Of a DNA stretch of 64,000 bases, positions 28,639 to 39,461 are shown piece after piece (position 1 is the first letter of the stretch; each line of letters starts with the position of its first letter). This DNA is from a virus, in IMG/VR virus record IMGVR_UViG_3300022074_000002. One strand, 5' to 3'. A program made the translations under genes and the position numbers. Under the pieces are notes generated by a model, which did not search any database, was not told where the DNA came from, and saw nothing but the letters and a program-made list of their open reading frames with translations.

Positions 28639-29213
28639 TGTTATATAATTTTCCTTCTAACTTTGTTTTTTATACCAAAGTTAAAGACCATGAACAATTA
28701 AAGAAAAAGTTATTACCTCAGATATATGCTAATGAATCTGGTATCACATATAAAGGTGAGTATCAAGATTCAATAACAAACTATTTTGAGGAGAACAACA
28801 TTCTTCTTGACATGGAGGAGGAAATATATCATAATGTAGTATGGGATCCATTCAACCAAATGTTGGAGGATCCCAATTTGAATATCGTTCATAGACCACA
28901 GGAATCAAAACTGCAGTCTATGTGGTATAATGTCTATCGTGATGGTAAGTGTTGGCATAAGACACATACACATCCGTCGTCTACATTCTCTGGCATATAT
29001 CTCTTACATCTAGAAGGAGAGAATGGCACAGTGTTTACTCAACTTGGACATCAATTGTTTGAGATGAACTACAACACAAAAAACAATGTAGAGGGAGAGG
29101 TGATTATATTTCCATCATCTCTACCACATAGTGTGGTGTCTTTTGGAACTCATAAGGTTTCTATTTCATTTAACATTATGTCTAGAAATGAAAAGTATGG
29201 AAATATATTTTGA
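28638..29213 (+). CDS. 2OG-Fe(II) oxygenase-like protein
   Basis: WYNVY, THTH, FSGIY, GEVIIFPSSLPHSV, SISFN. Confidence 0.8.
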   Translation: MLYNFPSNFVFYTKVKDHEQLKKKLLPQIYANESGITYKGEYQDSITNYFEENNILLDMEEEIYHNVVWDPFNQMLEDPNLNIVHRPQESKLQSMWYNVYRDGKCWHKTHTHPSSTFSGIYLLHLEGENGTVFTQLGHQLFEMNYNTKNNVEGEVIIFPSSLPHSVVSFGTHKVSISFNIMSRNEKYGNIF

Positions 29214-29238
29214 CAAATTTAATTTTAGGTGCTAGAAT
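29210..29238 (+). promoter_or_regulatory. Sigma70-type promoter
   Basis: TTGACA-N17-TAGAAT with TGn extension; -10 box abuts ATG 29239. Confidence 0.65.
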
Positions 29239-29571
29239 ATGGCTGTATCTGTTGTCACCTTTAAAACAGGTGATCGTGTTATTACAGAATTAAAAGAGAT
29301 CTTTGATGAAGAAGGAGACAACAAAAAAGGAGTCTGTCTTCTCATGGAAGAACCATATATTTTAACTCTTGATGGTAGCACACCACAGTATCTTACTGAA
29401 CAATCTGGTATGGAATATCAGGTAAGGTTTAGTAAATGGAATCCTTACTCTCCCGATTGGCAGTTTAAGATTCCGTATGATTGTGTTATGACAATCAGTA
29501 GTCCAGAAAAAGGATTACAAGATGCTTATGAAAAGAAACTTCAAGAAAAAAAGGAACTAACAAATGAATGA
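29239..29571 (+). CDS. Hypothetical protein, Sm-like fold candidate
   Basis: VTFKTGDRVITEL...EPY...FSKWNPYS...VMTISSP...Y. Confidence 0.72.
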   Translation: MAVSVVTFKTGDRVITELKEIFDEEGDNKKGVCLLMEEPYILTLDGSTPQYLTEQSGMEYQVRFSKWNPYSPDWQFKIPYDCVMTISSPEKGLQDAYEKKLQEKKELTNE

Positions 29572-29944
29572 AGAATTGATTACTAATCATAATATGAGAA
29601 TCGTTAGTCTTACAACCTCAGAACGTGTTCTGTGTTTGTTTGGTGAGATTAAAGGTGATGATGATAAGGTAGCAGGGTATAGAATGGTGTATCCATATCT
29701 ACTTACTCTTGGAGAACTAAATGAGGATGGAACTATTCCTATTAACTATTCTAGATGGTGTCCATATTCTCCTATTGAAGATCATAGAATTAGTGGTGAG
29801 CATATTATTAGTGTCGTATATCCTGATAATAATATTGTCAAGAATTATGCTGACAGACTAAAAGAGATTGGTCTAAAGGATGAACAAATTTTCTACGAGG
29901 TAAAGGAAGATGGAGATAGCAGCGAATCTACTGCGACTGAGTAA
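29564..29944 (+). CDS. Hypothetical protein, Sm-like fold candidate
   Basis: VSLTTSERVLC...YPY...YSRWCPYS...IISVVYP...Y. Confidence 0.72.
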   Translation: MNEELITNHNMRIVSLTTSERVLCLFGEIKGDDDKVAGYRMVYPYLLTLGELNEDGTIPINYSRWCPYSPIEDHRISGEHIISVVYPDNNIVKNYADRLKEIGLKDEQIFYEVKEDGDSSESTATE

Positions 29945-30167
29945 TGAATGGATAGTTGCCCAAGTTGATGAAGTAGAAGGTGAGACACTACCTGGTGATC
30001 CTGACTGTGTACTTCGTCAACCTTTTATGGTAGACTATGAAGGTAACCTAAGTCAGTGGCCTAAGAACTCTGATGATCGTGAGGTAGTAGTCAGGTCAAC
30101 TGACATTACTACCATTGTAAGTCCTAGTAAGGATCTACTTGCAAACTATATTAAATCCCTTGAATGA
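29910..30167 (+). CDS. Hypothetical protein, Sm-like fold candidate
   Basis: LRLSNEWIVAQV...QPF...LSQWP...ITTIVSP...Y. Confidence 0.7.
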   Translation: MEIAANLLRLSNEWIVAQVDEVEGETLPGDPDCVLRQPFMVDYEGNLSQWPKNSDDREVVVRSTDITTIVSPSKDLLANYIKSLE

Positions 30168-32653
30168 AGTTTTACACAAGTGTTGAACAAGCAGGAAATC
30201 GTCTCCTCGTAAGAGGATACAATAATGGTGACAGATACAGCGTTCGGGTTCCTTTTAACCCAACGCTTTTTTTGCCCACAAAAAACTTTTCCAAATGGAA
30301 AACACTAGAAGGAGAATGTGTAGAACCACATAAGTTTGGTTCTATATCAGAAGCAAGAGAGTTTGTAAAACAATACAAAGAAATTCCTGACTTTGACATT
30401 TATGGGAATACAAGATTTTTATATCAGTACATCGCAGAACAACATCCAGAAGAAGAACTAAAGTTTGATAGTAGTAAGATTCGTATATTCAATATTGATA
30501 TTGAGACTGCTGCTGAGAATGGATTTCCAGACATAGAATCTGCTGATCAAGAGATACTTGCTATCTCTATCAAAGATAGTTTCTCTGGTAGAATTACTGT
30601 GTTTGGTGCAAGACCATACGATAACAAAGATCCTATGGTTGATTACATGCACTTTAGATCGGAAGAAAGTATGATGAATGCTTTCTTAGATTACTGGCAA
30701 GCAAATTATCCTGATGTAATTACAGGATGGAACGTGCAGTTGTTTGATATGCCATACATCTGTAATCGTATTGAACGTATACTAGGTGAGAAGTTTGTAA
30801 AATTATTATCACCATGGAGATTGGTATCACAACGTGAGATCTTCATCAAAGGTCGTAAACAATTTGCGGTTGATACACTTGGTATATCTACACTTGATTA
30901 CTTAGAACTATACAAGAAGTTTACTTATTCTAATCAGGAATCATATCGTCTTGACTACATCTGTAATGTAGAACTAGGAGAAAAGAAACTAGATCACTCT
31001 GAGTTTGATACATTCAAAGAGTTCTATGAGAACGACTGGCAAAAGTTTATTGATTACAACATCCATGACGTTCGTTTAGTTGATAAACTAGAAGACAAGA
31101 TGAAATTGATTGAACTCGCATACACTATGGCATATGATGCCAAGGTAAACTATGAAGATGTATTCAGTCAGGTTCGTATGTGGGACAACTACATCTACAA
31201 TGAGTTAAACAAACGTAGGATTGCCATACCCCCTAAGAAAGAAGCAACAAAGAATGAGAAATACGCAGGAGCATATGTTAAAGAACCGAAACCAGGATTC
31301 TATGATTGGGTTGTGTCTTTCGATCTCAACTCTCTGTATCCTCATCTTATTATGCAGTACAATATCTCCCCAGAGACACTCAGGGAAAGCAGACATCCCA
31401 GTGCGAGCGTTGAGGGGATTCTAAATCAAAAGGTAGAGATTGATAAACAGTTTGCTACATGTGCTAATGGTGCACAGTATCGTAAAGACGTGCATGGTTT
31501 CTTACCAGAGATGATGAAAAAGATGTATGACTCTAGAGTCATCTTCAAAAAGAGAATGATTAAAGCAAAGCAACAGTATGAAAAAACTCCTACTGTTGAA
31601 CTTACAAAAGAGATTGCTCGCTGTAATAATATACAAATGGCAAAGAAGATTTCTCTCAACTCTGCCTATGGTGCTATTGGCAACGAACACTTTAGATACT
31701 ATAAGACAGCAAATGCAGAAGCAATTACACTGTCAGGACAGGTTTCTATCCGTTGGATAGAGAACAAAATGAACAGATACCTAAATAAACTACTCTCTAC
31801 AGAAAAGGTAGATTATGTCATCGCATCTGACACCGACTCAATATATCTTAATCTTGGACCTCTTGTTGATAAATTTTTTGCTGCTAAGTCTAGCGACAAA
31901 ACAGCAGTTGTTTCCTTACTTGACAAGATATGTCAAGAAAAATTGGAACCATTTATCGAGAAGAGTTATCAGGAGTTGGCGTCGTACGTTTCAGCGTACG
32001 AACAAAAAATGAGTATGAAGAGAGAGAATATTGCAGACAGAGGTATATGGACAGCAAAGAAAAGATACATATTAAATGTATGGGACTCAGAAGGAGTTAG
32101 ATACAATGAACCCAAGATGAAGATCATGGGTCTAGAAACTGCTAGGTCATCAACACCAGCATACTTTCGGGATAAATTATATGCAGCGTTTCAGATTATT
32201 ATCGGCAAAGACAATGATGAGCTTATCTCTTTCATCAATGGAGTCCGCAGCGAAACAAGGGAGCGACCCTATGATGAAGTCGCCTTCCCACGTGGAGTCA
32301 ACAATCTATCCAAGTACAGACATCCAACAAACATTTACTCAAAAGGAACCCCGATCCATGTCAGAGGGGCACTCTTATACAACTGGTACGTCAAAAAATA
32401 TAAAGTAGAACATAAGCATCCATTTATACAGGAGGGTGAGAAGATCAAGTTTATGTACTTGAAAACACCTAACCCTCTACATGAAAACTGTATCAGTTTC
32501 TTTGGTGAACTGCCAAAGGAATTTGGTATAGAGAAATATGTTGATTATCAAACACAATTTGAGAAGAGTTTCTTGGAACCTTTGAAAAACGTGCTACAAT
32601 GTATAGGGTGGACACACGAAAAAGTTATTACTATAGGGAGGTTCTTTGAATGA
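30164..32653 (+). CDS. g43: Family B DNA polymerase (gp43)
   Basis: DIET exonuclease, SFDLNSLYP, KISLNSAYG, DTDS; uninterrupted. Confidence 0.99.
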   Translation: MKFYTSVEQAGNRLLVRGYNNGDRYSVRVPFNPTLFLPTKNFSKWKTLEGECVEPHKFGSISEAREFVKQYKEIPDFDIYGNTRFLYQYIAEQHPEEELKFDSSKIRIFNIDIETAAENGFPDIESADQEILAISIKDSFSGRITVFGARPYDNKDPMVDYMHFRSEESMMNAFLDYWQANYPDVITGWNVQLFDMPYICNRIERILGEKFVKLLSPWRLVSQREIFIKGRKQFAVDTLGISTLDYLELYKKFTYSNQESYRLDYICNVELGEKKLDHSEFDTFKEFYENDWQKFIDYNIHDVRLVDKLEDKMKLIELAYTMAYDAKVNYEDVFSQVRMWDNYIYNELNKRRIAIPPKKEATKNEKYAGAYVKEPKPGFYDWVVSFDLNSLYPHLIMQYNISPETLRESRHPSASVEGILNQKVEIDKQFATCANGAQYRKDVHGFLPEMMKKMYDSRVIFKKRMIKAKQQYEKTPTVELTKEIARCNNIQMAKKISLNSAYGAIGNEHFRYYKTANAEAITLSGQVSIRWIENKMNRYLNKLLSTEKVDYVIASDTDSIYLNLGPLVDKFFAAKSSDKTAVVSLLDKICQEKLEPFIEKSYQELASYVSAYEQKMSMKRENIADRGIWTAKKRYILNVWDSEGVRYNEPKMKIMGLETARSSTPAYFRDKLYAAFQIIIGKDNDELISFINGVRSETRERPYDEVAFPRGVNNLSKYRHPTNIYSKGTPIHVRGALLYNWYVKKYKVEHKHPFIQEGEKIKFMYLKTPNPLHENCISFFGELPKEFGIEKYVDYQTQFEKSFLEPLKNVLQCIGWTHEKVITIGRFFE

Positions 32654-32826
32654 CTAGAAAAGTCTATGTTGTCACTTGGACTAACCACGTCGTTGGTCAG
32701 ATTGATACCGATAGCATCAAATGTTTTGAGGACTATGAAACTGCTCGTTCGTTTGCAAAAATGATGAGTAGTGATTATGATTATGTAAATTTTTATGAGG
32801 ATGAAGCAACACAATGGGATTCTTAG
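32650..32826 (+). CDS. Small hypothetical protein (58 aa)
   Basis: [19 protein letters not shown]...QWDS*; ATGA coupling to g43. Confidence 0.6.
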   Translation: MTRKVYVVTWTNHVVGQIDTDSIKCFEDYETARSFAKMMSSDYDYVNFYEDEATQWDS

Positions 32827-33821
32827 ATACAGTAATTAAGGACAGTGGCAATGAGTTTGCTAGTATAGTAAGTGATGGAGTTGCTGCGGGTGACGTAGAC
32901 AACTATGTTGACACTGGTTCATATATTTTTAATGCTCTTTGTAGCGGATCAATATATGGAGGGATACCTTCTAACAAAGTTACTGCACTTGCAGGAGAGA
33001 GCAGCACAGGTAAAACATTTTTTGCACTAAGTGTTGTTCGTAATTTTTTAGATGCAAATCCTAAAGGAGGAGTCATATACTTTGAGACAGAATCTGCTAT
33101 CTCTAAAGAGATGATTGAGTCTCGTGGTATTGATTCTCAACGTATGGTATTGTTTCCAGTATCTACTATTGAAGAATTTAGAACACAAGCTTGTCGTATC
33201 GTAGACAAGTATATGAAAGAACCAAAGAGAGAACCAATGATGTTTGTTCTTGATTCTCTTGGTATGTTATCTACATCTAAAGAGATGGAAGATGTCGCTA
33301 ACGATAAACAAGTTAGAGACATGACTAAATCACAATTAATCAAAGGTGCATTTCGTGTATTGACTTTGAAACTAGGTCAAGCAAAGATACCTATGATTGT
33401 GACAAATCATACCTATGATGTAATAGGATCTTACGTACCTACAAAAGAAATGGGTGGAGGAACAGGACTCAAGTATGCAGCATCAACTATCATCTACCTT
33501 GGTAAGAAGAAAGAAAAGGATGGCACAACACTTGTTGGTAACATAATAAAATGTGAAGCAAAAAAATCTCGATTAACAAAGGAGGGAAGTAAAGTTGAAA
33601 CTAGATTGTATTTTGATGAACGTGGACTGGATAAGTATTACGGATTATTGGAGTTGGGTGAACAGTATGGGGTCTTTGAACGTAAAGGAAATAGGATCGT
33701 TGTTGGTGGCAGCAGCGTATATCCTTCTGCAATTCTTAAAGACCCAGAAAAATACTTTACCGAAGGAGTAATGAAACAACTGGAGGAGGCAGCAAGAAAG
33801 GAATATAGTTATGGTGGTTGA
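32814..33821 (+). CDS. uvsX: RecA-like recombinase UvsX
   Basis: [32 protein letters not shown]. Confidence 0.95.
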   Translation: MGFLDTVIKDSGNEFASIVSDGVAAGDVDNYVDTGSYIFNALCSGSIYGGIPSNKVTALAGESSTGKTFFALSVVRNFLDANPKGGVIYFETESAISKEMIESRGIDSQRMVLFPVSTIEEFRTQACRIVDKYMKEPKREPMMFVLDSLGMLSTSKEMEDVANDKQVRDMTKSQLIKGAFRVLTLKLGQAKIPMIVTNHTYDVIGSYVPTKEMGGGTGLKYAASTIIYLGKKKEKDGTTLVGNIIKCEAKKSRLTKEGSKVETRLYFDERGLDKYYGLLELGEQYGVFERKGNRIVVGGSSVYPSAILKDPEKYFTEGVMKQLEEAARKEYSYGG

Positions 33822-34749
33822 TACAATTTTATTTGGAGATTGTCGTGAGACTTTAAAAGAGTTTGATGGCAAGGCAAGAACTTGTGTCACATCACCACCT
33901 TATTATGGATTGCGTGACTACGGTGGAGAAGAGTCACAGATAGGACAGGAACAATCACCAGAAGAATACATAAAAAATTTAGTAGAAGTATTCAGATCAG
34001 TTCGTGATGTCTTAACTGATGATGGCACATTATGGGTAAACATAGGTGATAGTTATTACAACTATAGACCTGGTAAAGGACAAGCATTACCAAAACAAAC
34101 TGTAAGTAAAACAAAACAAGATCTACCTGACAAGTGTGCTAAGAGAGGAAACAAATTAGAAGGTCTCAAAGAGAAGGACTTGATAGGTATACCATGGATG
34201 TTAGCATTTGCATTACGTGCAGATGGATGGTATCTACGTCAGGATATTATATGGCATAAACCTAATCCTATGCCTGAGTCAGTTAAAGATAGGTGTACTA
34301 AATCACACGAATATATTTTTCTACTTTCTAAAAATCGTAAATACTATTATAACAATGAAGCAATTAAAGAACCCGTCAAGCAAGACTGGGGCACTAGAGA
34401 CAGGACTAAAGGTAAGTACCATAATCCTGGTACTGGGTTGGTTCCTCATAGTGGGTTATCCAAGTCTTATGACAGGAAAAATAAGCGAGATGTTTGGACT
34501 GTAACAAACAAACCATATAAGGGAGCACACTTTGCTGTGTATCCACCTGACTTAATTGAACCTTGTATCAAGGCAGGGAGTGAAGAGGGAGACATAGTTC
34601 TAGATCCATTCATGGGATCAGGAACAACAGCAGTTGTGTCCAAATCATTAAATAGACATTATATTGGTTGCGAACTACATGAAGACTATGGTAGACTAAT
34701 ACAGAAGAGACTAAGTGAGAAATCATTTGCGAGGTTAAAACTAGAATGA
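33811..34749 (+). CDS. Beta-class DNA methyltransferase (SPPY, probably N4-cytosine)
   Basis: VTSPPY catalytic motif N-terminal; [14 protein letters not shown] motif C-terminal. Confidence 0.9.
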   Translation: MVVDTILFGDCRETLKEFDGKARTCVTSPPYYGLRDYGGEESQIGQEQSPEEYIKNLVEVFRSVRDVLTDDGTLWVNIGDSYYNYRPGKGQALPKQTVSKTKQDLPDKCAKRGNKLEGLKEKDLIGIPWMLAFALRADGWYLRQDIIWHKPNPMPESVKDRCTKSHEYIFLLSKNRKYYYNNEAIKEPVKQDWGTRDRTKGKYHNPGTGLVPHSGLSKSYDRKNKRDVWTVTNKPYKGAHFAVYPPDLIEPCIKAGSEEGDIVLDPFMGSGTTAVVSKSLNRHYIGCELHEDYGRLIQKRLSEKSFARLKLE

Positions 34750-36131
34750 CAGAACGAATAGAAGAATCAATTCTAAGGAACCTCATTTACAATGAAACTT
34801 ATTATAGAAAAGTTGTTCCTTTTATAAAAGCAGATTATTTCCAAGAGTACCATGAAAAAATTGTATTTGAAGAGATTGCAGACTTCGCTGCTAAGTACGA
34901 TAAAGTACCTACTAAAGAAGTTCTCACAATTAATCTCCAGAACCGAGGAGATCTTACAGAAGAAACATTCAAAGATTCAGTACAGGGAATAAATTCTCTT
35001 TCTGATGATTGGGTTGATTACGACTGGTTGTTAGATGCCACAGAAAAATGGTGTCAAGACCGTGCTATATACTTAGCACTCATGCAGTCTATTAAGATTG
35101 CTGATGGCGGAGAAACTAAGTTTACCAAGGGTGCTATACCTAGCATCTTACAGGATGCTCTTGCTGTCTCCTTCGACGAACATATAGGACATGACTACAT
35201 TGAACAATCATCAGACAGATATGAATTTTATCACAGGAAAGAAGAAAAAATTCCCTTTGATTTGGAAAAGTTTAACTTTATTACGAAAGGTGGTCTCCCT
35301 AACAAGACTCTCAACATCGCTCTTGCTGGTACAGGTGTCGGGAAGAGTTTATTCATGTGCCACATGGCTGGTTCCGCCCTCACTCAGGGCTACAACGTTC
35401 TCTACATTACATGTGAAATGGCAGAGGAGAAGATTGCTGAACGAATTGACGCAAATCTTCTAAACGTAAACGTCAAGGACATCATGGAACTTCCTGAGGT
35501 TTTATTTAATTCAAAAGTAAATGAGATCTCTAGAAAAACACAAGGTAAACTGATCATTAAAGAGTACCCTACTGCATCTGCACATGCAGGACATTTTAAG
35601 GCACTCTTAAGTGATCTTAAACTGAAGAAAGATTTTGCACCTGATCTTATCTTTATAGACTATCTAAACATTTGTGCATCTGTTAGATATAAAGGTGCTG
35701 TTGTTAACTCGTATACTTATGTTAAAGCGATTGCTGAAGAGCTTCGGGGTCTTGCTGTGGAAAGTAATGTACCTATTATCTCTGCCACTCAAACTACTCG
35801 TAGTGGGTTTGGTAACTCTGATCCCGATCTCACTGACACTTCTGAGTCTTTTGGTCTCCCTGCCACTGCTGATTTTATGTTTGCCCTTATATCTACTGAG
35901 GAGCTCGAGCAACAGGGTCGCATCTTGGTCAAACAACTTAAGAACAGATACAACGACCCGACTGCCTCAAGAAAATTTATTCTGGGAATTGACAGAGCGA
36001 AAATGAGGTTGTATGATGTAGCAGAAGATTCATCTGCCATCAATATAGAAGATGAAAAGGTAGGAGAAACCTTACAACAATTCTCACAAACACAAAACCG
36101 ATTATCTAAATTTGCAGAATGGAACGTATAA
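34746..36131 (+). CDS. g41: Replicative helicase (gp41)
   Basis: AGTGVGKS, ITCEMAE, IDYLN, SATQTTR, SESFGLPATAD. Confidence 0.97.
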   Translation: MTERIEESILRNLIYNETYYRKVVPFIKADYFQEYHEKIVFEEIADFAAKYDKVPTKEVLTINLQNRGDLTEETFKDSVQGINSLSDDWVDYDWLLDATEKWCQDRAIYLALMQSIKIADGGETKFTKGAIPSILQDALAVSFDEHIGHDYIEQSSDRYEFYHRKEEKIPFDLEKFNFITKGGLPNKTLNIALAGTGVGKSLFMCHMAGSALTQGYNVLYITCEMAEEKIAERIDANLLNVNVKDIMELPEVLFNSKVNEISRKTQGKLIIKEYPTASAHAGHFKALLSDLKLKKDFAPDLIFIDYLNICASVRYKGAVVNSYTYVKAIAEELRGLAVESNVPIISATQTTRSGFGNSDPDLTDTSESFGLPATADFMFALISTEELEQQGRILVKQLKNRYNDPTASRKFILGIDRAKMRLYDVAEDSSAINIEDEKVGETLQQFSQTQNRLSKFAEWNV

Positions 36132-36535
36132 AGCATGTGGACTTTGATAGGTACACTCATTTCGTGGATGCTGTCACAAGCACTCCTAGTAAGGATTTTA
36201 AATCTCTTGTTGATCGCTTGGGTGAACTTGACAGAGAAGGTGCCAATATTGAACGCCTTACCACTGCTGGTGTTGGGATTAATGCTGAAGGTGGAGAGTT
36301 CCTTGAGATCATTAAGAAGATGGTATTCCAAGGTAAACCATGGAACGAAGACAACAGAGAACATCTGATCATTGAACTTGGTGACATCATGTGGTACGTA
36401 GCACAAGCATGCATGGCACTCGAAGTATCGTTTGATGATGTGATTGCTACCAATGTTAAGAAACTAGAGAAGCGTTATCCTGAGGGATCTTTTGACGTTT
36501 ACTTTTCTGAGAATAGGAAGAAAGGAGATAGGTAA
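36119..36535 (+). CDS. mazG: MazG-like nucleotide pyrophosphohydrolase
   Basis: EGGEFLEIIKK, IIELGDIMWY, NVKKLEKRYP. Confidence 0.92.
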   Translation: MERIKHVDFDRYTHFVDAVTSTPSKDFKSLVDRLGELDREGANIERLTTAGVGINAEGGEFLEIIKKMVFQGKPWNEDNREHLIIELGDIMWYVAQACMALEVSFDDVIATNVKKLEKRYPEGSFDVYFSENRKKGDR

Positions 36536-37717
36536 GTGGCATTCGACATCCTACCATCTACATTTGAAGAAGCTGGAAAAGCAGTAAAATTTATGAATGA
36601 AGCATCTGCTAAAGAAGCATTGCGTTTGTACAGATATTTGCTTCAAAATTATGGAGATGTCGTACAAAATCCTTTAGCATTTGATTCTAGTAAGAAGAAT
36701 GAATGTAAGATTATAAGGTTGTTAGAAGGTGGATTTACTATAAAACAACTTACAAAAGAATTAAGTCTCACAAAATTGAGACCAGATTTTGGTGATGGTA
36801 GTAGAGGAAAAAAAGGAAAGAATAATCAAGGAAGTTTATTTGAGAGAGACATGGAAGTCGCTCTTAACAAATGGATTGATACAAATACTATACAAAACAA
36901 TAAATACAAAAGTTTTCTCGAAGACATAATAAAATATTATAAGTTAGAAAAATGTCAAAAAATTATTGTAGTTCCTGAGGGTAAATCAAATAAAAAAAGA
37001 CCAATGAAATTAGTAAGTGAACATTGGGAAGTGGGAACTGCATCATATACTAATGGATATGACATAGGTTCTACTGTTACTGATATAACATTAGATACTG
37101 AATGTGATAATGTAAAACGTAAAATATATCTTTCACTTAAAACTAGTGGTACAACCAACCTATCTAATCTTGGATTAAAAACTAATGTATTTCCCGTAGA
37201 AGAAGTTAAGGCAGGAAAAATAGAAAAGAAAGAAGGACAAGCATTAATAAGAACTTTTGGTTTGAATGAACAATTTTTATGTGCTACTTTTAATGAATAT
37301 CAAAATGGAAATAGAAAATATCATCAAGTAGATACTAGACCAGTGTATAATCATCAATTAATAAAGGAACTTATAATGGGATCTCTAGGATATGGTTATC
37401 ACTATGTGCATTTACAGAGAGGAACAAAAATTAAACATCTAGAAATAGATAAGAATTTTTTAGAAAGAGCATCCACTCCAAGAGATGTAAAAATAAGTTA
37501 CGGTGGTGACACAGGAGGGAAAAAACGTGTTAATATACATATGGTGACTCCTGTATTTAACATGGTTTTTAACATCAGAAACACAACTGATAAAGGAACT
37601 ACAGCAGATCCACTTCGTGTGTATCCTGACAAGTTACAGACAAAATATACAATCATAGGTGAGACTGTTGCAACAGGACATAAAGGAGATTCTACAGAAA
37701 TAGCAGACGATAGTTAA
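36536..37717 (+). CDS. Low-GC protein, candidate PD-(D/E)XK nuclease
   Basis: GSLFE...TDITL...IYLSLK arrangement; basic; GTG start right after mazG stop. Confidence 0.55.
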   Translation: MAFDILPSTFEEAGKAVKFMNEASAKEALRLYRYLLQNYGDVVQNPLAFDSSKKNECKIIRLLEGGFTIKQLTKELSLTKLRPDFGDGSRGKKGKNNQGSLFERDMEVALNKWIDTNTIQNNKYKSFLEDIIKYYKLEKCQKIIVVPEGKSNKKRPMKLVSEHWEVGTASYTNGYDIGSTVTDITLDTECDNVKRKIYLSLKTSGTTNLSNLGLKTNVFPVEEVKAGKIEKKEGQALIRTFGLNEQFLCATFNEYQNGNRKYHQVDTRPVYNHQLIKELIMGSLGYGYHYVHLQRGTKIKHLEIDKNFLERASTPRDVKISYGGDTGGKKRVNIHMVTPVFNMVFNIRNTTDKGTTADPLRVYPDKLQTKYTIIGETVATGHKGDSTEIADDS

Positions 37718-38907
37718 TGGCAAACGTAACTCAACTAAAACACCTTGAACATTTGGAAGATGAAATGCTCAACTATGGAGTTGATGGTTGTATAGCGTCT
37801 GTTAATTTTCTCAAAGAACTGAGAAAGATGCTTGGATGTGATAACAGTACAGGTTTTATGCAAACTAAATGGGATGGTGCACCATCAGTTGTATGTGGTA
37901 CTGATCCTAATAGTGGTATGTTTTTTGTTGGAACTAAATCTGTTTTTGCAAAAAATTCTAAGGCATGTTACGATGACGTTGATGTAGATTTATATTATGA
38001 AGGAGATCTTGCAGAAAAATTAAAATATTCTTTGAAGTATTTTTCTACTTTAGGTATACAAGGTATAGTTCAAGGAGATTTACTGTTTACTACTGATGTA
38101 AAAAGAGAAACAGTTAGTGGAGAGAAATTATATACATTTACACCAAACACTATAACGTATGGTATACCTGTAGATCATCCTATAGGTGTAGCAACAGGTA
38201 AAGCAAAGATAGGTGTAGTTTTTCATACACATTATAGAGGTACTGATTTTCAAACTATGCAAGCAGTTGCTGGTGCAAAGGTAAAAGGATCTATTGATGT
38301 GTTATCTGTTGATAATGACACTCCAATGGATAGAGTTGGTTTGAATCATTCAGAAGAATTGTTGTTTGATAAGTATGTTGCTAACATAGAAAAAATGTGT
38401 GCTGAATCTGGAGACTTTTTAGATGAATTAACCACTCTTTCTGGTACTGCAGGAGATGCTAAATGGCATGTATCTTCATATCTCAAACAGTTTTTCAATA
38501 GTCAAATCAAAAATCAAAAGACTATATCAAATACAACAAAAGCACTCGAAGACTTGACTAATTTTTATCATAGTAAGGTAAAACCTCTTGCTGATAAGAT
38601 AAAAACACCAAAGACACAGGTTGCTAAGAAGAAATTAATATATGATAGTGAAAACTATCTAATCAATAACGCTACAAAGTTCAAATCAATGCTAGGTTTG
38701 TACAAAGAGATACAAGAAATCAAGAAATTTGTCATTGATAAACTAGATAAACTAGAAACTTTTAAAACATTTGTACAAACAGACACAGGATATAAAGTCA
38801 CAGGTCCTGAAGGTTATGTTCTACATAAGAATGGAGACATGATTAAGTTTGTTAATCGTCTTGAGTTCTCATACAATAACTTTACTGTTGCAAAGAAATG
38901 GCGTTAG
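37717..38907 (+). CDS. RNA-ligase-like (Rnl2-type) covalent nucleotidyltransferase candidate (DUF6267-like)
   Basis: Motif I KWDG, III QGD, IV EGYVL, V IKFVN..FS. Confidence 0.65.
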   Translation: MANVTQLKHLEHLEDEMLNYGVDGCIASVNFLKELRKMLGCDNSTGFMQTKWDGAPSVVCGTDPNSGMFFVGTKSVFAKNSKACYDDVDVDLYYEGDLAEKLKYSLKYFSTLGIQGIVQGDLLFTTDVKRETVSGEKLYTFTPNTITYGIPVDHPIGVATGKAKIGVVFHTHYRGTDFQTMQAVAGAKVKGSIDVLSVDNDTPMDRVGLNHSEELLFDKYVANIEKMCAESGDFLDELTTLSGTAGDAKWHVSSYLKQFFNSQIKNQKTISNTTKALEDLTNFYHSKVKPLADKIKTPKTQVAKKKLIYDSENYLINNATKFKSMLGLYKEIQEIKKFVIDKLDKLETFKTFVQTDTGYKVTGPEGYVLHKNGDMIKFVNRLEFSYNNFTVAKKWR

Positions 38908-39461
38908 TAACAAAACGATGCTATATGACATTTGGTAGGTTTCAACCACCAACTACAGGACACGAAGCAAACTTTAATAGTGTAAAACGTGCTGCTGGTA
39001 CAGATGATTATAGAATTTACATTTCTCAGACAGTAGATACCAAAGGAAACAACCCTTTGCTGCCAGATAGAAAATTATTTTACATGAAAAAAATGTTTCC
39101 TATACACAAATCTAACATATACAGCGGACCTAGAGATCCAGTAGCAGTTTTACAAGATATTATGATGGCAGGATATGATGAGTGTATATTTCTTGTAGGA
39201 TCTGATAGAGTTAACGCTATGCAGTGGATTCATAAATATAATGGAGACGAGTATTCTTTCCGAAAGTTAGACATCGTATCTTCTGGTAGTAGAGACGCAG
39301 ATGGTGACACATTTGCAGTATCTGGTACTAAAATGAGAAGAGCAGCGTTTGCTGGAGATTTTAAAACATTCAGATCTGGTATACCTACCAGTCTAAAAGA
39401 AGATGATTGTCGAATGATGATGATGGAAGTAGCAGCGAATTTACCCGCAAACTATAAATGA
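38898..39461 (+). CDS. HxGH-class nucleotidyltransferase ('cytidyltransferase', NMNAT/PPAT-like)
   Basis: FGRFQPPTTGH, VGSDR, SGTKMR. Confidence 0.85.
   Translation: MALVTKRCYMTFGRFQPPTTGHEANFNSVKRAAGTDDYRIYISQTVDTKGNNPLLPDRKLFYMKKMFPIHKSNIYSGPRDPVAVLQDIMMAGYDECIFLVGSDRVNAMQWIHKYNGDEYSFRKLDIVSSGSRDADGDTFAVSGTKMRRAAFAGDFKTFRSGIPTSLKEDDCRMMMMEVAANLPANYK

Noticed and set aside
35789-36406. 205-aa minus-strand ORF and other antisense ORFs over core genes
   Set aside because: They lie opposite well-supported genes (g41/mazG), show no motifs and lack promoter/RBS support; shadow ORFs
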